Assembly: GCA_963765495.1 (NCBI GenBank)
Contig: CAVXWP010000008.1
Span: 480,001-544,000 of the forward strand
DNA: 64,000 nucleotides
Direction: 5' to 3'
Source: Blastocatellia bacterium
Lineage (GTDB): Bacteria; Acidobacteriota; Blastocatellia; UBA7656
This document shows positions 60,304-64,000 of the stretch, one piece after another; positions within the stretch are counted from its first letter, which is position 1, and each line of letters begins with the position of its first letter. The notes under the pieces are model-generated. The model worked only from the letters and a program-made list of their open reading frames with translations, searched no databases and was not told where the DNA came from. A program made the position numbers and the translations under genes.

Positions 60304-61461
60304 CTATCTGGGTGTCGACCGAAGGACATGGATAACCATGTCGGTTCCGGGATCGAGAATTAAATCCTTTTCGCCGTCTATATAAACCGTTCCGACACCG
60401 CCCGCGCCGCCGATGACGGCCCCGAGGAGAGCGCCTTTACCGCCGCCCAGAATTCCGCCGATGACCGCTCCGGCCGCAGCCCCTACGCCGCCGCGCACTT
60501 GCGAATCTCTGGACCGGCTGCCGGTCTCTACGTTCCCTTCCTCATCAACTTTTTTTACGGTCTCGGAGTCAATGATCTTATCAAGCTGAGCTTCGATTGA
60601 TGAACTGCGTCCGTCCTTGAGAGTCAACGAATCGAATGCGATTCCAAGCTCGGTCTTGCCCGTCACCTTCCCTGATTTTTTGAGTGTGGCAATATGCCCT
60701 TCGATCGTAGCGCCGTCATAGGGAGACGGAGAGACAACCACGGCAGTGAATTTATCGCCCACGCGGTTGTTCTTTGTATCAATTGGCGTAGTAAGCCGAA
60801 TCTGCATTTCAGTATCGCGTGGTATATCGAGCGAGATTTCCGGCTCTCGTGTAGTGCGTGGGCGGCGGGAATCATTATCCCTTCGCGAGTCATTATCTCT
60901 TCGCGAGTCATTATCCCTTCGCCTCGACGGATCATCGCTTCGTGCCGAGTCATCCCTGCGGCGATTTGGATTATCTTGCCATTGCTGCTGTTCTCTGGCG
61001 CGCTGTGCATCGGCAAGGGCCGCGGCCTTTGCCAGCACTTCACCATTTGCGGGAACTCCCTCATTGCGGGTGCGCCCGTAATACCCGTCTACGTACCCGA
61101 GTTCGAAACCGAGATCATATCCCTGACGATACTCTTCGGATGTAGCATACTTCTGGTCATAGCGCTCCTCGCGCCGCTGATAGGCTTCCGAGCGTTTGAA
61201 ATCCTGTGGGACAGCCTTTCGCCAGTCGGCTCCGCCCGATGTAAAACCATCCCCATAACCAAGCGTATATGCTTGATCGTAAATGCTCATGGGTTTGGGG
61301 GGCGGCGGTAATTTTGATTTTGCGGGCGCGCGTTTGGGTGCTCTTTTCTGTAAAAGCGGGGTTGCTGATCCGGCAGGTGCCAGGCTCGACAAGCCCAGCA
61401 CCACTACGAGCACTGCCGGGATTATCGGATTGAACCATCGAAGCTTACTCTTGCGTTCCAT
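60304..61461 (-). CDS. Secreted protein with YxxGY repeats, RRDNDS tandem repeats and a TrbI/VirB10-like glycine-zipper domain
   Basis: Signal peptide, AYTLGYGDG/YRQGYDLG, 18-bp tandem repeats, VGDKFTAVV, GAAAGAVIGGILGG. Confidence 0.7.
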   Translation of the reverse strand: MERKSKLRWFNPIIPAVLVVVLGLSSLAPAGSATPLLQKRAPKRAPAKSKLPPPPKPMSIYDQAYTLGYGDGFTSGGADWRKAVPQDFKRSEAYQRREERYDQKYATSEEYRQGYDLGFELGYVDGYYGRTRNEGVPANGEVLAKAAALADAQRAREQQQWQDNPNRRRDDSARSDDPSRRRDNDSRRDNDSRRDNDSRRPRTTREPEISLDIPRDTEMQIRLTTPIDTKNNRVGDKFTAVVVSPSPYDGATIEGHIATLKKSGKVTGKTELGIAFDSLTLKDGRSSSIEAQLDKIIDSETVKKVDEEGNVETGSRSRDSQVRGGVGAAAGAVIGGILGGGKGALLGAVIGGAGGVGTVYIDGEKDLILDPGTDMVIHVLRSTPR

Positions 61462-61600
61462 CGGTTTTTCTTCCTCCTGTAAATTGAGCCATGAAAGCCT
61501 GAAGAAATCTCTCCCGCGCATCGAAATATATGACAGGCAGCATCCCTACGCTCAGGCAACGTGATTAGATGCTATCACTTTTATAAAAAGCATGCGACCC

Positions 61601-61634
61601 GGTCAGTGGCCACCGACCACTGACCACCGACCAC
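61601..61634. repeat. CCAC(C/T)GA heptamer tandem repeat with hairpin
   Basis: GGTCAGTGG-CCACCGA-CCACTGA-CCACCGA-CCAC. Confidence 0.65.
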
Positions 61635-61746
61635 AGTTTTTTCCCGCCTGGATTTGAGGTATCATAATACCGCATCAGAATGTAGCTTCGAACTGGAAAG
61701 AATTAAGCTGCAAATTTCAAATCAATCGGCACTTGGAGGTCAGATT

Positions 61747-63912
61747 ATGCGACGACGCTTGAGCTTTCTTCTCATCATTTTTTTGATTTCGCTCGTCTCT
61801 GCCCAGGCCCAGAAGCGAGCCTTCACTCTTGAGGACCTTTACCGCATTAAATCCGTCTCAGACATTCAGGTGTCACCGGATGGAAAGTCGATACTCTATA
61901 CTATTTCAACATCCGATTTACCTCGCGCAAAGCGGAACTCTCAGGTCTGGATAATGGCGAGCGACGGAGGCAATGCGCGCCAGATGACTCGCGGCAGCAG
62001 TTCTTATTCCGCCCGGTTTTCACCGGACGGGAAATGGATTTCTTTTATAAGCTCGCGAGACGGGAACGCAAATCTATATGTGTTGCCGCTTGACGGGGGA
62101 GAGGCCAGACAGGTCACTCATGTCTCTACAGGGGTTGCCGACCCTCTCTGGTCGCCTGATGGAAAATCAATCGCCTTTACGACGGATGTCTATCCAGAAT
62201 GCGGCGCAGATGACCAGTGCAATAAGAAAACAGGGGACCGCTGGAGCGAGGGACCGTTGAAGGCGCACATGGCTGACGACCTTCTATACAGGCACTGGAC
62301 AGGATGGAAAGACGCCACCCGCACTCATATCTTTCTGGCTGATGCTCAAACCGGCAAAGTGAGGGATATGACCCCGGGCGACTTTGATGCGCCTCCGTTC
62401 TCGCTTGGCGGGCCGTTAAGCTATGATTTTTCACCCGACGGTATGGAATTCATTTACGCTTCGAATCACGACAAGAATCAGGCCAGTTCGACAAACAGTG
62501 ATCTATGGTTGACCTCGATCAAGGATCCGAGCGCAAGTCCAAGAAACATAACCGCTGCAAACCCGGCCTACGATGGCAGCCCTAAATATTCGCCGGACGG
62601 AAAATTCATCGCCTATCGAACGCAAAAGATACCCGCATACGAGTCGGACCTGTTTCGCATCGCGCTTTATGAGCGAGCTACGGGAAAGACATCGGTCCTG
62701 ACTGAATCATTCCAGAACTGGATTGATGATTTCGAATGGTCTGAGGATTCGAAGACGATTTACTTTATTGCGCAGGGCGCAGGGGCGACACCGCTTTACA
62801 GGTTGGATTTGAGTTCGGGCGCGGTCTCGGAGATGCTCAATGATAAGAGCATAGACGCCTTCAAATTTGGGCCAAACGACAATCGGCTGATTTACATCAA
62901 GCGAACCGTAGGCCAGCCGTCGGAAATTTACAGCGCGGGGGTGACGGGCGGAAAGGTTTCTACAGGGGCTCAAATCACGCATATAAATGACGCGCTCGTA
63001 AGCGAAGTAGACATTCGCCCGGCAGAGACGATGTGGGTAGAGGGTGCCGAAGGGGCCAAGGTGCAGGTGTTCGTGGTGAAACCTCACAACTTTGACCCTA
63101 ACAAGAAATACCCGTTTATACTCAATGTGCATGGCGGGCCGCAGGGCCAGTGGACGGACGGATTCCGAGGCGACTGGCAGGTATATCCGGGCGCGGGTTA
63201 TGTGGTGGCATTTGCAAATCCGCACGGTTCAACCGGGTATGGTCAGGCATACACCGCGCAGATTTCGGGCGACTGGGGCGGCGATGTTTTTGAAGACCTG
63301 ATGAAAGTTTCGGATGCGATGGCAAAGCTCCCCTATGTGGACAACTCACGCATGGGCGCGATGGGCTGGTCCTATGGCGGATATATGATGATGTGGTTCG
63401 AAGGCCACACCGACAGGTTTAAGGCGATAGCTTCGATGATGGGCATCTATGATTTGAGGTCGTTTTACGGGGCTACGGAAGAACTCTGGTTCCCCGAATG
63501 GGATTTGAAGGGGCAGCCGTGGACATCCGATCTCTATGAAAAGCTTTCGCCTTCCAATTCGGTGAAAAATTTTAAGACACCGGCGCTTGTGATATCGGGA
63601 GAGCGGGATTACAGGGTTCCATACACGCAATCCTTGCAATTTTATACGGCGCTACAGAAGATGGGGGTCCCTTCACGCCTGCTCATTTATCGGAATGCCG
63701 GGCACTGGCCAAGCTGGTACGAGATGGCGCTTTATTACACTGCCCACCTCGAATGGTTCAACAAATATCTTGGTGGTGAAGCGCCTCCATGGACTACGGA
63801 AGCATTCCTCAGAAACGCCGTTTTCGATACCGACACAGGGCAGCGCATCCCGCCCGAATCACCCGAGGCAAACGGCGGGACATCGAAGGCTATGAAACCG
63901 GCTCAAAAATAG
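61747..63912 (+). CDS. Secreted S9 family peptidase with PD40 beta-propeller
   Basis: Signal peptide, SPDG repeats, VHGGP, GWSYGG, DYRVP, GHW. Start ATG 61747 after GGAGG. Confidence 0.93.
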   Translation: MRRRLSFLLIIFLISLVSAQAQKRAFTLEDLYRIKSVSDIQVSPDGKSILYTISTSDLPRAKRNSQVWIMASDGGNARQMTRGSSSYSARFSPDGKWISFISSRDGNANLYVLPLDGGEARQVTHVSTGVADPLWSPDGKSIAFTTDVYPECGADDQCNKKTGDRWSEGPLKAHMADDLLYRHWTGWKDATRTHIFLADAQTGKVRDMTPGDFDAPPFSLGGPLSYDFSPDGMEFIYASNHDKNQASSTNSDLWLTSIKDPSASPRNITAANPAYDGSPKYSPDGKFIAYRTQKIPAYESDLFRIALYERATGKTSVLTESFQNWIDDFEWSEDSKTIYFIAQGAGATPLYRLDLSSGAVSEMLNDKSIDAFKFGPNDNRLIYIKRTVGQPSEIYSAGVTGGKVSTGAQITHINDALVSEVDIRPAETMWVEGAEGAKVQVFVVKPHNFDPNKKYPFILNVHGGPQGQWTDGFRGDWQVYPGAGYVVAFANPHGSTGYGQAYTAQISGDWGGDVFEDLMKVSDAMAKLPYVDNSRMGAMGWSYGGYMMMWFEGHTDRFKAIASMMGIYDLRSFYGATEELWFPEWDLKGQPWTSDLYEKLSPSNSVKNFKTPALVISGERDYRVPYTQSLQFYTALQKMGVPSRLLIYRNAGHWPSWYEMALYYTAHLEWFNKYLGGEAPPWTTEAFLRNAVFDTDTGQRIPPESPEANGGTSKAMKPAQK

Positions 63913-64000
63913 AGATGACAAGTTTGCCCCGCCTCTCCGGTCGCGCAAAATATGAGGAAAAAACCTGCAAGACATTTTGCGTGGCTGGCGGGCCGGGCGC

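Noticed and set aside
60868-60962. Tandem 18-bp repeats as a CRISPR or iteron array
   Set aside because: They are in-frame coding repeats (RRDNDS) with no spacers and no cas genes.
1304-63895. Numerous 60-230 aa ORFs antisense to or overlapping well-supported genes
   Set aside because: Shadow ORFs with no motifs, expected opposite real coding sequence.

Overview
About 64 kb of bacterial chromosome using genetic code 11. The gene repertoire suggests Acidobacteriota, possibly Blastocatellia; this is inference only. It is mostly housekeeping: rnhA, sppA, an SbcC/Rad50-like ATPase, rnj-rsmA-ribD-tsaD, rpsO-pnp, hpt, modBC, rnz-acpS, purA, trxA, two different glycogen/alpha-glucan synthases, uppS and pip. 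It also has two histidine kinases, pilin-like genes, a CarH-like B12-binding regulator, an extra sigma-70, and a sigma-54 catabolic operon that includes an ASRT-family gene. I saw no rRNA, tRNA, CRISPR array or transposase. Four signals not captured by the ORF track stand out. (1) An unannotated, highly structured RNA of about 250 nt at 31144-31395 (- strand), with its own sigma-70 promoter, GNRA-capped hairpins and U-tract. It converges on a PC4-like/PD-(D/E)XK nuclease fusion gene that has two further small structured transcripts upstream. (2) A secreted DUF1573-like protein split by an in-frame UGA in a U-G-C motif followed by a SECIS-like hairpin, a probable selenoprotein. (3) A wHTH-STAND NTPase-membrane protein broken by a -1 frameshift in a T7 run. 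(4) A 144-bp MITE with 19-bp terminal inverted repeats and a 9-bp target-site duplication. All family calls come from motif recognition and all RNA folds were done by eye; no searches were run.
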